A DNA stretch of 64,000 bases from Candidatus Limnocylindrales bacterium (GCA_035688805.1 DASSMQ010000006.1:15012-79011); one strand, 5' to 3'. Counted from the first letter of the stretch, positions 40,427 to 49,628 are shown. Numbers and translations are program-made. The notes: generated by a model not told the origin, from the sequence alone.

Positions 40427-43006
40427 GTGACCGACACCGCCGACACCACCGAGACCGCAGACAGGACCCCGGGTCGAACGAGGGTCGAACGCTACGACCC
40501 GACTGCCATCGAGCCGCGCTGGCAGGCTCGCTGGGCGGAGCTCGGCCTGCATGACACTGACCTGCAGGAGACGTCCCGGCCGAAGTACTACCTGCTGACG
40601 ATGTACCCGTATCCATCCGGGGACCTGCACATCGGGCACTGGTACATCGTGACGCCGAGTGACGCGCTGGCTCGCTTCCGGCGGATGCACGGCTACAACG
40701 TGTTCTTCCCCATCGGCTTCGATGCATTCGGGTTGCCCGCGGAGAACGCCGCGATCAAGAACGGCGGCCACCCGTTCACCTGGACGATGAAGAACATCGA
40801 GAACATGCGCCGCCAGTTCCGAACGATGGGTGCGACGTTCAGCTGGAAACACGAGGTCGTCACCGCCGACCCGGCCTACTACCGCTGGAACCAGTGGCTG
40901 TTCCTGCGCTTCCTGGAGCGCGGCCTGGCCTACCGCCAGCGCTCGGCGGTCGACTGGTGCCCGAACGACGGCACGCTGGCTCGCGAGCAGGTCGAGGGGC
41001 CGGAGCGCCGATGCTGGCGCTGCGGCGAGCTGGTCGAGAAGCGCGACCTGGATCAGTGGTACCTGAAGACGACGGCCTACGCGGACGAGCTGCTGTCGTT
41101 CGACGGCATCGATTGGCCTGAGCCGATCAAGATCCAGCAGACCAACTGGATCGGTCGATCCGAGGGCGCGCAGATCGATTTCGAGACGGCCCCGACCGAT
41201 CACCACGAGGGCGGCGCGTCCATCCGCGTCTTCACGACCCGACCCGACACCCTGTTCGGCGCCACGTTCATGGTCCTGGCGCCCGAGCACCCGCTCGTGA
41301 CGGAGCTGACCGCGCCCGGGCGCCGCGCCGAGGTCGATGCGTACGTGGCCCAGGCCCGGCGCCGCACCGAGATCGATCGCTTGTCGACCGATCGCGAGAA
41401 GACCGGGGTAGCGATCGGGGCCGACGCGATCAACCCGGTCAACGGCGAGCGGATCCCGATCTTCATCGCGGACTACGTGCTGGCCGGCTACGGCACGGGC
41501 GCGATCATGGCCGTGCCCGCACATGACGAGCGCGATTTCGCGTTGGCCACGGCCTTCGGGCTGCCGATCCGGCGGGTCGTCGCGGCACCCGGTACCGAGG
41601 CCGGCGATCCGATGTCCGATGCCTATGTCGCCCATGCGGCCGACGAGCGGCTGGTCAACAGCGGTCGCTACGACGGCATGGGCGCGGACGATGGTGGGCG
41701 CGCCATCGTGGCGGCCCTGGCCGAGCGTGGCGCCGCCGAACCGACGGTCACCTACCGTCTTCGCGACTGGCTGATCAGCCGCCAGCGCTACTGGGGGACG
41801 CCGATCCCGGTCATCTACTGCGAGCGCGACGGCATCGTCCCGGTCCCGGACGAGGACCTGCCGGTCCTGTTACCCGAGACGGTCGACTACCGCGGCCGTG
41901 GCGACAATCCGCTGAACCACGATGCGGCGTTCCTGCGGGTCACGTGTCCACGCTGTGGTGAGGCGGCGCGGCGCGAGACCGACACGATGGACACCTTCGT
42001 CGACTCATCGTGGTACTGGTTCCGCTACCTGTCGCCGGACCGGACCGACGGGCCGGTGGATCGAGCCATGACCGACGCGTGGACCCCGGTCGACCAGTAC
42101 ACGGGCGGCGCCGAGCACGCCGTCATGCACCTGCTGTATGCCCGCTTCTGGACGAAGGCGATGCGGGACTGCGGCCTGATCGGCGAGGACGAGCCGTTCC
42201 GCCGGCTGTTCAACCAGGGCCAGATCCTGGGCGCCGACGGCGAGCGCATGTCGAAGTCGCGTGGCAATGTGGAGGACCCCGATGAGCTGGTCGGCCGGTT
42301 CGGGGCGGACACGGTCCGGCTGTTCCTGATGTTCATGGGTCCGTGGGACCAGGGCGGCCCGTGGAGCCCAACGGGCATCGGCGGGGTCCACCGTTTCCTG
42401 AATCGGGTCTGGACGCTGGCGCTCGATCCGCACGGACGTGAGCACGGCGACCCCGACGCTGGGCACCTGCCGGTCGGCGAATCGGCAGCGGACGCCGCGG
42501 CCGCCATCCGGGCTGCCGCGCATCGCACGCTGCGCGACGTGACCGAGGACTACGACGGGTTCCGGTTCAACACGATGGTCGCCAAGCTGATGGAGCTCGC
42601 GAACACCCTCTATCGCTATCGCGGGACCGAGGCGGCCGGCGACACCGAGTGGGACGAGGCCATCCGCTTGCTGCTGCTGATGCTGGCCCCGGCCGCACCG
42701 CACATCACCGAGGAGATCTGGTCGAGGCAGGCGACCGGCGCGGGCCGTCCCTGGACCTCGATCCACGAGGAGTCGTGGCCGATCGTCGATGAACGGGCCA
42801 TCGCCGTCTCGGTCCATGAGATCCCGGTGCAGATCAACGGCAAGCTCCGCGACCGCGTGGTCGTGGCGACCGGCGCCGACCAGGCGACGATCGAGGCCGC
42901 GGTCCTGGCCAGCCCGAAGGTCCAGGCGGCATTGGCCGGCCGGACGCCGGACCGGATCATCCACGCCGGCGGCAAGCTCGTGAACCTGGTCGTTCGCGGC
43001 GCCTGA
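40427..43006 (+). CDS. leuS: leucine--tRNA ligase
   Basis: 859 aa with PYPSGDLHIGH (HIGH motif), MSKSRGN (KMSKS motif), and CP1 editing and zinc-binding inserts. Confidence 0.97.
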   Translation: MTDTADTTETADRTPGRTRVERYDPTAIEPRWQARWAELGLHDTDLQETSRPKYYLLTMYPYPSGDLHIGHWYIVTPSDALARFRRMHGYNVFFPIGFDAFGLPAENAAIKNGGHPFTWTMKNIENMRRQFRTMGATFSWKHEVVTADPAYYRWNQWLFLRFLERGLAYRQRSAVDWCPNDGTLAREQVEGPERRCWRCGELVEKRDLDQWYLKTTAYADELLSFDGIDWPEPIKIQQTNWIGRSEGAQIDFETAPTDHHEGGASIRVFTTRPDTLFGATFMVLAPEHPLVTELTAPGRRAEVDAYVAQARRRTEIDRLSTDREKTGVAIGADAINPVNGERIPIFIADYVLAGYGTGAIMAVPAHDERDFALATAFGLPIRRVVAAPGTEAGDPMSDAYVAHAADERLVNSGRYDGMGADDGGRAIVAALAERGAAEPTVTYRLRDWLISRQRYWGTPIPVIYCERDGIVPVPDEDLPVLLPETVDYRGRGDNPLNHDAAFLRVTCPRCGEAARRETDTMDTFVDSSWYWFRYLSPDRTDGPVDRAMTDAWTPVDQYTGGAEHAVMHLLYARFWTKAMRDCGLIGEDEPFRRLFNQGQILGADGERMSKSRGNVEDPDELVGRFGADTVRLFLMFMGPWDQGGPWSPTGIGGVHRFLNRVWTLALDPHGREHGDPDAGHLPVGESAADAAAAIRAAAHRTLRDVTEDYDGFRFNTMVAKLMELANTLYRYRGTEAAGDTEWDEAIRLLLLMLAPAAPHITEEIWSRQATGAGRPWTSIHEESWPIVDERAIAVSVHEIPVQINGKLRDRVVVATGADQATIEAAVLASPKVQAALAGRTPDRIIHAGGKLVNLVVRGA

Positions 43007-43021
43007 TCTTCGGGCGTCGGG

Positions 43022-43702
43022 TCAGTCGAGCAGCGGCTCGCCGACAGCGGCGGCCGGGGCGACCGTCTTCGATCTGGCCCGATGGCGCGCCGCTTTGGCC
43101 CGATTGCCGCAGGTCGCCATGTCGCACCAGCGCCGACGCACCGTCCGCGAGGTGTCGTAGAAGACCCATCGGCAGCGGTCGTTGTCGCACACCTTGATGC
43201 GCTCTGGCTGACCGGCCGTCAGCTCCGTCACGAGGGGGTCGCACAGCCGGGCAAGGGCGTCATCGACCGGGTCCCCGACATGGCGGTGATCGACCGCGAC
43301 GCAGCCGTCGGACGAGGGCACGAGCTCGATGACCTGGCGGGCGTGCAGGGCCCGATTGACCGTATCGAGCGCCCCTTCACGCGGGGGTCGATGGTCGACG
43401 ATGGCGTCGGCCACTTCGCGGAGGGCGCCCCGGACCGAATGGATCCGGGCGAGATCACGGGTCGCCCCGCCCGGGTCGACGTCGGCCTGCACGCGCAGGC
43501 GATCAGCGCCCTCGCCGTGGATCACGCCGCGCTCCACGAACCAGGTCAAGGCCGCGTCGAGGGTCGGTAATCCCTCGACCGGGAGACCGTTCTCGAGGTC
43601 GTCGGTGTTCAGGAAATCGAAGGTGTCCTCGATCCGCACCTCATGGGCGTGGTGACCGCGGTCGGGATACAGGATGGTCGGCGTCGTCATGTCGATAACC
43701 AC
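43022..43702 (-). CDS. CGNR zinc-finger (ABATE-domain) putative regulator
   Basis: C-terminal CDNDRCRWVFYDTSRTVRRRWCDMATCGNRAKAARHR is the zf-CGNR signature. Confidence 0.85.
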   Translation of the reverse strand: MVIDMTTPTILYPDRGHHAHEVRIEDTFDFLNTDDLENGLPVEGLPTLDAALTWFVERGVIHGEGADRLRVQADVDPGGATRDLARIHSVRGALREVADAIVDHRPPREGALDTVNRALHARQVIELVPSSDGCVAVDHRHVGDPVDDALARLCDPLVTELTAGQPERIKVCDNDRCRWVFYDTSRTVRRRWCDMATCGNRAKAARHRARSKTVAPAAAVGEPLLD

Positions 43703-43707
43703 TTTAG

Positions 43708-43741
43708 ACCTGTTGACAGGTTACGCGCAAGAGGGTACAGT
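43708..43741 (+). promoter_or_regulatory. candidate sigma-A promoter (TTGACA-17-TACAGT) overlapped by the palindrome ACCTGTTGACAGGT
   Basis: Read directly. -35 at 43713-43718, -10 at 43736-43741, perfect 6+2+6 inverted repeat at 43708-43721. GACAGGTTAC is repeated at 43768-43777. Local GC is far below the window average. Confidence 0.55.
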
Positions 43742-43798
43742 TCACGAGTAACCGATAAGACACCAAAGACAGGTTACAAGACTCACAGGAGGCCGACC

Positions 43799-43915
43799 AT
43801 GGAAACCATCATCTTGCTCCTGGTCATGGTCATCGGTTTCGCCACCCTCGGCCTGGCCTCCATCCGATTCGGAACGGACTCCCGGGACCGATTGCCCGAC
43901 AGCCACGTCCGTTGA
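43799..43915 (+). CDS. 38-aa single-TM micro-protein
   Basis: METIILLLVMVIGFATLGLASIRFGTDSRDRLPDSHVR. AGGAGG lies 7 nt upstream of the ATG. Confidence 0.5.
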   Translation: METIILLLVMVIGFATLGLASIRFGTDSRDRLPDSHVR

Positions 43916-43941
43916 GTCGATCACCAACCCCGGAGGTTCCT

Positions 43942-44178
43942 GTGCATTCCTATTACGCCCTTCTCGCCCTTGATCTCGCGAACGATCGCGTGCAGGCGGC
44001 CGAGCACGAGCGGCTGGCCTCGCTGGCCCGCTCCGGTCGTCCGGCTCGACCCTCGATCGTGCGACGCGGCCTGGCGCATGGCACGGCTGCGATCAGCCGC
44101 ACCGCCGCGGCTGCGACCCGTCGACTCGACGATTGCGTCGCGGACGATCTCGGTCGGAGCCTGGCCCTAGCGGACTAG
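43942..44178 (+). CDS. 78-aa hypothetical protein
   Basis: The GTG follows GGAGG by 6 nt. Sequence VHSYYALLALDLANDRVQAAEHERLASLAR ... RRLDDCVADDLGRSLALAD. Confidence 0.5.
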   Translation: MHSYYALLALDLANDRVQAAEHERLASLARSGRPARPSIVRRGLAHGTAAISRTAAAATRRLDDCVADDLGRSLALAD

Positions 44179-44204
44179 CCTCTCCGCCGAACCGACGAAC
44201 GACC

Positions 44205-44238
44205 GAGCGCCTGCCCTTCCGGCAGGCGCTCTTCGATT
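44205..44238 (+). terminator. intrinsic terminator
   Basis: Perfect 11-bp stem GAGCGCCTGCC-CTTCC-GGCAGGCGCTC, followed by TTCGATT. Confidence 0.65.
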
Positions 44239-44270
44239 CCCGGTGCCGCGACACGCTAGGCTGGTCGACC

Positions 44271-44684
44271 ATGACCACTGACCTCCGCTCCCCGTCGACG
44301 TGCGCGGTGTCGTGGGGCCCGCACCGGATCGACCTCTTCACCGTCAGCGACGACCGCCACCTCGTCCATCGAGCCTTCCGGGACGGTCAGTGGTCAGAGG
44401 AGACGGACCTCGGCGGGCGGTTGGCGTCGGCGCCCGCCGCGACGGCCTGGGCCGTCGACCAGCTCGAAGTCTTCGCGATCCTCGACGACGGCCAGCTCTG
44501 GAACCGGTTCTGGGACGGGACGTCATGGCACGACTGGGAATCGATGGGCGGGGAGTTGACCGGGACGCCGACGGCGTCGTCCTGGGGTGCGGACCGGATC
44601 GACGTGTTTGCCCCGGGCCGGGACGGACGGGTGTGGCATCGCTGGTGGGACGGCGTTCGCTGGGTCGATTGGGAGCAGCTCTGA
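44271..44684 (+). CDS. Trp-rich beta-propeller-repeat protein (DUF346 / PLL-tectonin-like lectin repeats), 137 aa
   Basis: Three ~45-aa repeats: WGPHRIDLFTV..., WAVDQLEVFAI...LWNRFWDGTSWHDWESMGG, and WGADRIDVFAP...VWHRWWDGVRWVDWEQL. Confidence 0.7.
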   Translation: MTTDLRSPSTCAVSWGPHRIDLFTVSDDRHLVHRAFRDGQWSEETDLGGRLASAPAATAWAVDQLEVFAILDDGQLWNRFWDGTSWHDWESMGGELTGTPTASSWGADRIDVFAPGRDGRVWHRWWDGVRWVDWEQL

Positions 44685-44745
44685 TCTCCCGCGCCGATGG
44701 CGCCAGATAAGTCGCAGCTAAGCGCTCGTCCGTAAGGTCCGCCCA

Positions 44746-44790
44746 GACGTCTCGCCGCGTCGGAAGTGCCCCCGACCTTGGCGAGACGTC
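44746..44790 (+). terminator. long composite hairpin between the propeller gene and comEA
   Basis: GACGTCTCGCC ... GGCGAGACGTC (11 bp) enclosing GTCGG/CCGAC. It covers the first possible comEA start (GTG at 44766). Confidence 0.35.
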
Positions 44791-45569
44791 AGACTCCCTG
44801 GCGCTCCCGGGTCGGTCCGCCCGCCGCGGAGGCGTCCTTGGAACCGACCGCGAGCCCACCTTGGCGCGTGCTCGACACGACGCCTGTCGACACCACGCCA
44901 GGGAGCACGCCCACCGCCACGTCCGGTGATCCGGCACGTCCCTCCGGTGCGATCGCCGTCAGGGTCGGCATCATCGCCGCGGCCACGATCGCGATCGCGG
45001 CCATCGCGATCGTGCTGGCCGGCACGACCGATGGGGGGACGGTCCGGGTCGATGGCGACTCGGTCGGTGGCACCGAAGCCACGGCGGATCTCGGGCAGCC
45101 GGGCTCGAGCGGCGCGAACCTGTCCAACGCCCTGGTCGTCGAGATCGTGGGGGCGGTGGCCAAGCCCGGTGTCTATCGCCTGGAGCGTGGGGCCCGCGTC
45201 GGCGACCTGCTCCGCGCCGCCGGCGGATACGGCCCGCGGGTCGATACCGCGCGGTTGGCGTCGGAACTCAACCTCGCGGCCGAACTGACCGACGGCGGCC
45301 ACATCCGCATCCCGTCCCGAGACGATCCCGCAGGAACGGCTGGGCCCCATGACGCGTCCGGCGGCGCATCGGCCGGCGCACTCGTCGACCTGAACCGGGC
45401 GACCCAGGCCGGATTGGAGGCACTCCCTGGGGTCGGGCCGGCGACGGCGACCAAGATCATCACCGCCCGCGAGGAAGCACCGTTCACGTCCGTCGACGAA
45501 CTGCGGTCGCGCGGCATCCTGGGCGAGAAGACGTTCGCCAAGCTGCGCGACCTGGTCACCGCGGGTTGA
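44766..45569 (+). CDS. comEA: ComEA-family DNA receptor (TM anchor, SLBB-like domain, C-terminal helix-hairpin-helix)
   Basis: LVDLNRATQAGLEALPGVGPATATKIITAREEAPFTSVDEL. Start uncertain; the TTG at 44838 follows GGAGG by 5 nt and is more plausible. Confidence 0.8.
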   Translation: MPPTLARRQTPWRSRVGPPAAEASLEPTASPPWRVLDTTPVDTTPGSTPTATSGDPARPSGAIAVRVGIIAAATIAIAAIAIVLAGTTDGGTVRVDGDSVGGTEATADLGQPGSSGANLSNALVVEIVGAVAKPGVYRLERGARVGDLLRAAGGYGPRVDTARLASELNLAAELTDGGHIRIPSRDDPAGTAGPHDASGGASAGALVDLNRATQAGLEALPGVGPATATKIITAREEAPFTSVDELRSRGILGEKTFAKLRDLVTAG

Positions 45570-48331
45570 TGCCACGCAGCGGCTGGCTGGCGATCGGGGC
45601 GGTCGCAGCGGCGCTCGCGGTCCTGCAGCACGATGCGCGACTCATCTGGGCGGCGGTCGCCGGCGCGGTCGTCGCTGGCGCCATCGCGGTCGGCTGGTTC
45701 CGGTCGGGTCGAGCGCCGCTCGCGGCCATCGCGGTCGGCAGCTCGCTGATCGTCCTCCGGGCGACCGTCGTCGCCCCGCCGCCGGCGCCAGATGGTGCGC
45801 CCGAGGGCGCGGGGCCGTGGACGATGGTCGTGGAGTCCGTATCGTCACCGCGCGACGGCGACCAGGTCGCCACGTTGCGGACGGTCGAGGGCAGGACCGA
45901 CGGGTTTCGTCTCGCGGCCACGCTGCCCAGGTACCCGCCAGTCGAACCGGGCGACATCGTCGACGTCGAGGGCCATGCTCGAGCGAGGCCCGACAGTGCG
46001 TTCGGGCGGTACCTGGAGCGGCTCGGAGCCTGGGGAACCCTCGATGCGCGTGGACTCAGGGTCCACGATCGGCCGGTCGATGCGGGGCGGGTCCTCGAGG
46101 CGGCGCGGCGTGATGCTGGCGATGCCCTGACCCGCGTCCTTCCCGAGCCCGAGGCCGGTCTGGCGGCCGGCATCCTCATCGGCCTGCGCGACCGGGTCGA
46201 CCGCGCGGTCGCCTCCGCCTTCACGACGGCGGGCGTGAGTCACGTCGTCGCCATCTCAGGCTGGAACATCGCCATCGTGGCGGCAGCCATCGCGGCCGTG
46301 TCCGGGCGCATCGGGCGACGACGACGAGCCATCGTGACCAGCCTGGCCATCGTCGCCTACATCGTGTTCGCCGGCGCCTCGCCCTCGGTGTTGCGTGCGG
46401 GTGCGATGGCCGGGGTCGTCCTCGTTGCGCGGGAGAGCGGGCGGGCGAGTCGGGCCGCGGCCGCCCTCGGCTGGGCCGTCGTCCTGCTCCTGTTGGCCGA
46501 TCCGTCGCTGGTCGGCGACGCTGGCTTCCAGCTGTCGAGTCTGGCTACAGCTGGGCTGATCGCGTGGGCGACACCGCTGTCCGAGCGGCTGGGATCGCTC
46601 GGCGGCGGCCGGATGCCGCGCTGGCTGGCCGAGAGCCTCGGGGTCTCACTCGCGGCCCAGGTCGCGACGCTGCCGCTGGTGCTGGCGGCGTTCGGCCGGC
46701 TCGCGATCATCGCGCCCGCGGTCAACCTCGCGGTCGTGCCCTTGGTCGCGCCCGCCATGGCGGCTGGGGTCGTGGCGCTGGCCGGCGGGATCCTCGTTGG
46801 CCTCGGTGCGCCGGGTGCGGTGGGGTCGATGCTTGCGGCGCCAGCGTGGGTCGCGCTGCGGCTGATCATCGCCGTGGTCGACGCGGCAGCGGCGGTCCCA
46901 TTCGCGAGCATCGCCGTGGGCCCGTCTCTCGGCACCACCTCCGGCCTCGCCTGCGCTGGCGTCGTCGGCCTGGCGATGGCCTGGCGGCGTCACCGGAGTG
47001 CGCAGCCATCTCGCCCAGCCCAGCCGACGACGAAAGCCGCCGCCTCGACCGCCGCCCGACCGGCGCGGAGGGCCACCACGCCGATGCCGCTGCGGCTCGC
47101 GACGATCGGCCTGGTCACGACCCTGGTGGTCGCCGGAGCGGTCGTCGTCACCCGGCGCGAGGCCGTCGCGCGAGTCACGGTGCTCGATGTCGGGCAGGGC
47201 GACGCGATCCTTGTCGAGGGCTCGCGTGGGGGACGCGTGCTGGTCGACGGTGGGCCGGATCCCGACCGGCTGCTCATCGAGCTCGATCGGCGCCTGCCGC
47301 CATGGGACCGTAGGATCGACCTGGTAGTCCTGTCCCATCCCCACGAGGATCACGTCGCCGGCCTGGCCATGCTGCTGGGTCGATATCGCATCGGCCGCGT
47401 CCTCGAGCCCGGGATGCGCGGCCCGGGACCGGGGTACACGGCCTGGTCCCGGGCGCTCGCCAGGGTCGGTGCGCCCCATCGGGGCTCGGTCTTCGCCGGC
47501 GATCGACTGCGCGTCGATGAGGTCGATCTCCGTGTCCTGTGGCCGATCCGTGGCCAGGTCCCGGCCGAACCACCCGATACGGGCACGGGCATCAACAACG
47601 TCTCGATCGTGCTCCTCGGTACGGTAGCCGGCCGGCGATTCCTGCTGGCCGGTGACGTCGAACAGGACATCGACCCGCGGCTGCTGGCCGAGGGCCTCCC
47701 CCACGTCGACCTGCTGAAGGTCGCCCACCACGGCAGTCGGACCGCCACGACCGAGCCGTTCGTCGAAGCGGTCCGGCCTCGGGTCGCGATCGCCTCCGCG
47801 GGCACGGGCAACCCGTACGGTCACCCGGCGCGGTCGACGCTCGATCGGCTGGCGGCGGCCGGCGCGCGTGTCTACCGGACCGACCGCGACGGATCGGTGG
47901 CGGTCACTTTCGATGCGGGCGGGATGCGTGTTCGAACCGAGTCGGATCGCCCCGCCCAGCGACCCCCAGCGCCGACGCCGGGGCCGCGCGTGCTCCTCGC
48001 GACGTCGATCGGTCCGCGGCGGTCGTTCGCGTGCGCGATCCCCGTGGTCCCCGATGCGGCCCAGGCGTCCGAGCCGGCGCCGATCCCACCGCGCCCGACC
48101 ACGGCAGGGCCCCCGCCGGTCGGCCCCGGGCCCTCCGTCAGCCTCTTGTACCATCGGCCCGATGACCGGCCGCCCCGACCGCCCGCTCAGCCCGTTGCTG
48201 TATGTCTGGGGCGACGACGAGCTGACCGCCGAGCGAACGGTCGGCCGGTTCGCGGTCGCCATGGCCGATGCCGCCGGCGGCCCGCTCGAGCGGTGGGATC
48301 TCCGGTCGCAGCTGGCGACCGCGACGGCTGA
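45566..48331 (+). CDS. comEC: ComEC/Rec2 DNA internalisation channel with a metallo-beta-lactamase domain
   Basis: Polytopic competence domain plus MBL motif (VLSHPHEDHVAGL ... KVAHHGS). The conserved part ends near 47940. The frame stays open to 48331, overlapping holA by 170 nt. Confidence 0.88.
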   Translation: MMPRSGWLAIGAVAAALAVLQHDARLIWAAVAGAVVAGAIAVGWFRSGRAPLAAIAVGSSLIVLRATVVAPPPAPDGAPEGAGPWTMVVESVSSPRDGDQVATLRTVEGRTDGFRLAATLPRYPPVEPGDIVDVEGHARARPDSAFGRYLERLGAWGTLDARGLRVHDRPVDAGRVLEAARRDAGDALTRVLPEPEAGLAAGILIGLRDRVDRAVASAFTTAGVSHVVAISGWNIAIVAAAIAAVSGRIGRRRRAIVTSLAIVAYIVFAGASPSVLRAGAMAGVVLVARESGRASRAAAALGWAVVLLLLADPSLVGDAGFQLSSLATAGLIAWATPLSERLGSLGGGRMPRWLAESLGVSLAAQVATLPLVLAAFGRLAIIAPAVNLAVVPLVAPAMAAGVVALAGGILVGLGAPGAVGSMLAAPAWVALRLIIAVVDAAAAVPFASIAVGPSLGTTSGLACAGVVGLAMAWRRHRSAQPSRPAQPTTKAAASTAARPARRATTPMPLRLATIGLVTTLVVAGAVVVTRREAVARVTVLDVGQGDAILVEGSRGGRVLVDGGPDPDRLLIELDRRLPPWDRRIDLVVLSHPHEDHVAGLAMLLGRYRIGRVLEPGMRGPGPGYTAWSRALARVGAPHRGSVFAGDRLRVDEVDLRVLWPIRGQVPAEPPDTGTGINNVSIVLLGTVAGRRFLLAGDVEQDIDPRLLAEGLPHVDLLKVAHHGSRTATTEPFVEAVRPRVAIASAGTGNPYGHPARSTLDRLAAAGARVYRTDRDGSVAVTFDAGGMRVRTESDRPAQRPPAPTPGPRVLLATSIGPRRSFACAIPVVPDAAQASEPAPIPPRPTTAGPPPVGPGPSVSLLYHRPDDRPPRPPAQPVAVCLGRRRADRRANGRPVRGRHGRCRRRPARAVGSPVAAGDRDG

Positions 48332-49277
48332 CGCGGCCCAGCTCTACGAGCGGCTCGCCACGCCGGCGATGTTCGGCGGCGGGACCCTCGCGGTCGTGAC
48401 CGAGCCGTGGGCCCTGGTGCGGCGCAACGACACCCGCGATCGGGTCGTCGACGCCATCGCTCTCATCGCCATGGGCAACGCGCTTGCCGTCGTGGAGTCG
48501 GCGAAACCCGGCGCCAAGGGTCCGGCCGTCAAGCGGCTGGCGGAGGCGATCGCGGCGGCTGGCGGCCAGGTCCGCGGAGCCGCCGGGCCGCGCCCGACCG
48601 CGCTGGCGGCCTGGATCGCCGACGAGGCTCGCGATCGCGGCCTGCGGCTCGCCACGGGCGCCGCTCGCGAGCTCGCGGATCGGCTGGGCGCACGGGTGAC
48701 CGAAGGCGACGTGGACCGTCGCTTCCTGAGTCGCGTCGCGGCGGGGGAGCTCGACAAGCTCGCCCTTCGCCATGGCGTGGATGGTGAGGCGATCACGGCC
48801 GACGATGTGCGGGCCCTGGTGGCCGAGACCGCGCCGTCATCCATGTGGGCGATCACCGACGCGATCGCGGAGCGTCGGGTCGACGCGGCATCGACTGCTC
48901 TCGATCATGCCCTGGATACGACGCCCGAGCCCGTCATCCTGGCGGTCATCCATCGACGCCTGGTCGAGCTCATCGGGCTCGCCGATCGGCTGGCAGCCGG
49001 CGCGACGCTGCCGGATGCGGCTCGCGCGATCGGCGTGACCAACGAGTTCCGGGCGAAGACCCTGGCCGGACAGGCGCGACGGTGGACGGTCGACGAGTTG
49101 GCCGGCGCCCTGACCGGCTTGCTCGAACTCGATGCGATGGTCAAAGGCGTCGCAGGCTCGGAACTCGACCCGGCGCAGCGGCGCCTGGCGTTCCTGCTGT
49201 GGGTCGGCGACCACGCCACGTCGTCGGGGCGTCCACCGGTCGCCATGGGACCGGGACGGCGGGTCGGCCCCGGCTGA
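48162..49277 (+). CDS. holA: DNA polymerase III delta subunit
   Basis: N-terminus PLLYVWGDDELTAERTV, the position after comEC and ~370 aa of alpha-helical protein fit HolA. Confidence 0.78.
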   Translation: MTGRPDRPLSPLLYVWGDDELTAERTVGRFAVAMADAAGGPLERWDLRSQLATATADAAQLYERLATPAMFGGGTLAVVTEPWALVRRNDTRDRVVDAIALIAMGNALAVVESAKPGAKGPAVKRLAEAIAAAGGQVRGAAGPRPTALAAWIADEARDRGLRLATGAARELADRLGARVTEGDVDRRFLSRVAAGELDKLALRHGVDGEAITADDVRALVAETAPSSMWAITDAIAERRVDAASTALDHALDTTPEPVILAVIHRRLVELIGLADRLAAGATLPDAARAIGVTNEFRAKTLAGQARRWTVDELAGALTGLLELDAMVKGVAGSELDPAQRRLAFLLWVGDHATSSGRPPVAMGPGRRVGPG

Positions 49278-49306
49278 CCCCGGGACCGACGACCGCGCTC
49301 AGACCG

Positions 49307-49561
49307 TCAGTCGGCGGACGACCAGGCCTGTTCCTGGACGACGAGATCGCTCTCGATGGCGAAGACGCAGCGGCCCTCGCCGAGATCGAGCAACTCGATC
49401 AGATCAGGGTCGATGTACAACTGCGAGCAGTCCTCGCACAGGCCGCCCGGGATGCCGAAGCACAGCCGCTCGCTCCGGTCGGGCAACCGGAACGTCGTGT
49501 CGAACCGGGTCGTGATGAGCCGGTGACCGCAGGCGGGGCAGCGATCGTGCGAGGTGGACAT
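49307..49561 (-). CDS. YgiT/MqsA-type zinc-ribbon protein without an HTH domain
   Basis: CPACG ... 30 aa ... GGLCEDCSQLYID matches the MqsA N-terminal zinc-finger layout. 84 aa. Confidence 0.55.
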   Translation of the reverse strand: MSTSHDRCPACGHRLITTRFDTTFRLPDRSERLCFGIPGGLCEDCSQLYIDPDLIELLDLGEGRCVFAIESDLVVQEQAWSSAD

Positions 49562-49628
49562 GCCGCGATGCTGTCATCAGCATCCCGAGGCACCCATGAC
49601 CCGTCCGTACCCCGCGCTCTGGTACGCC

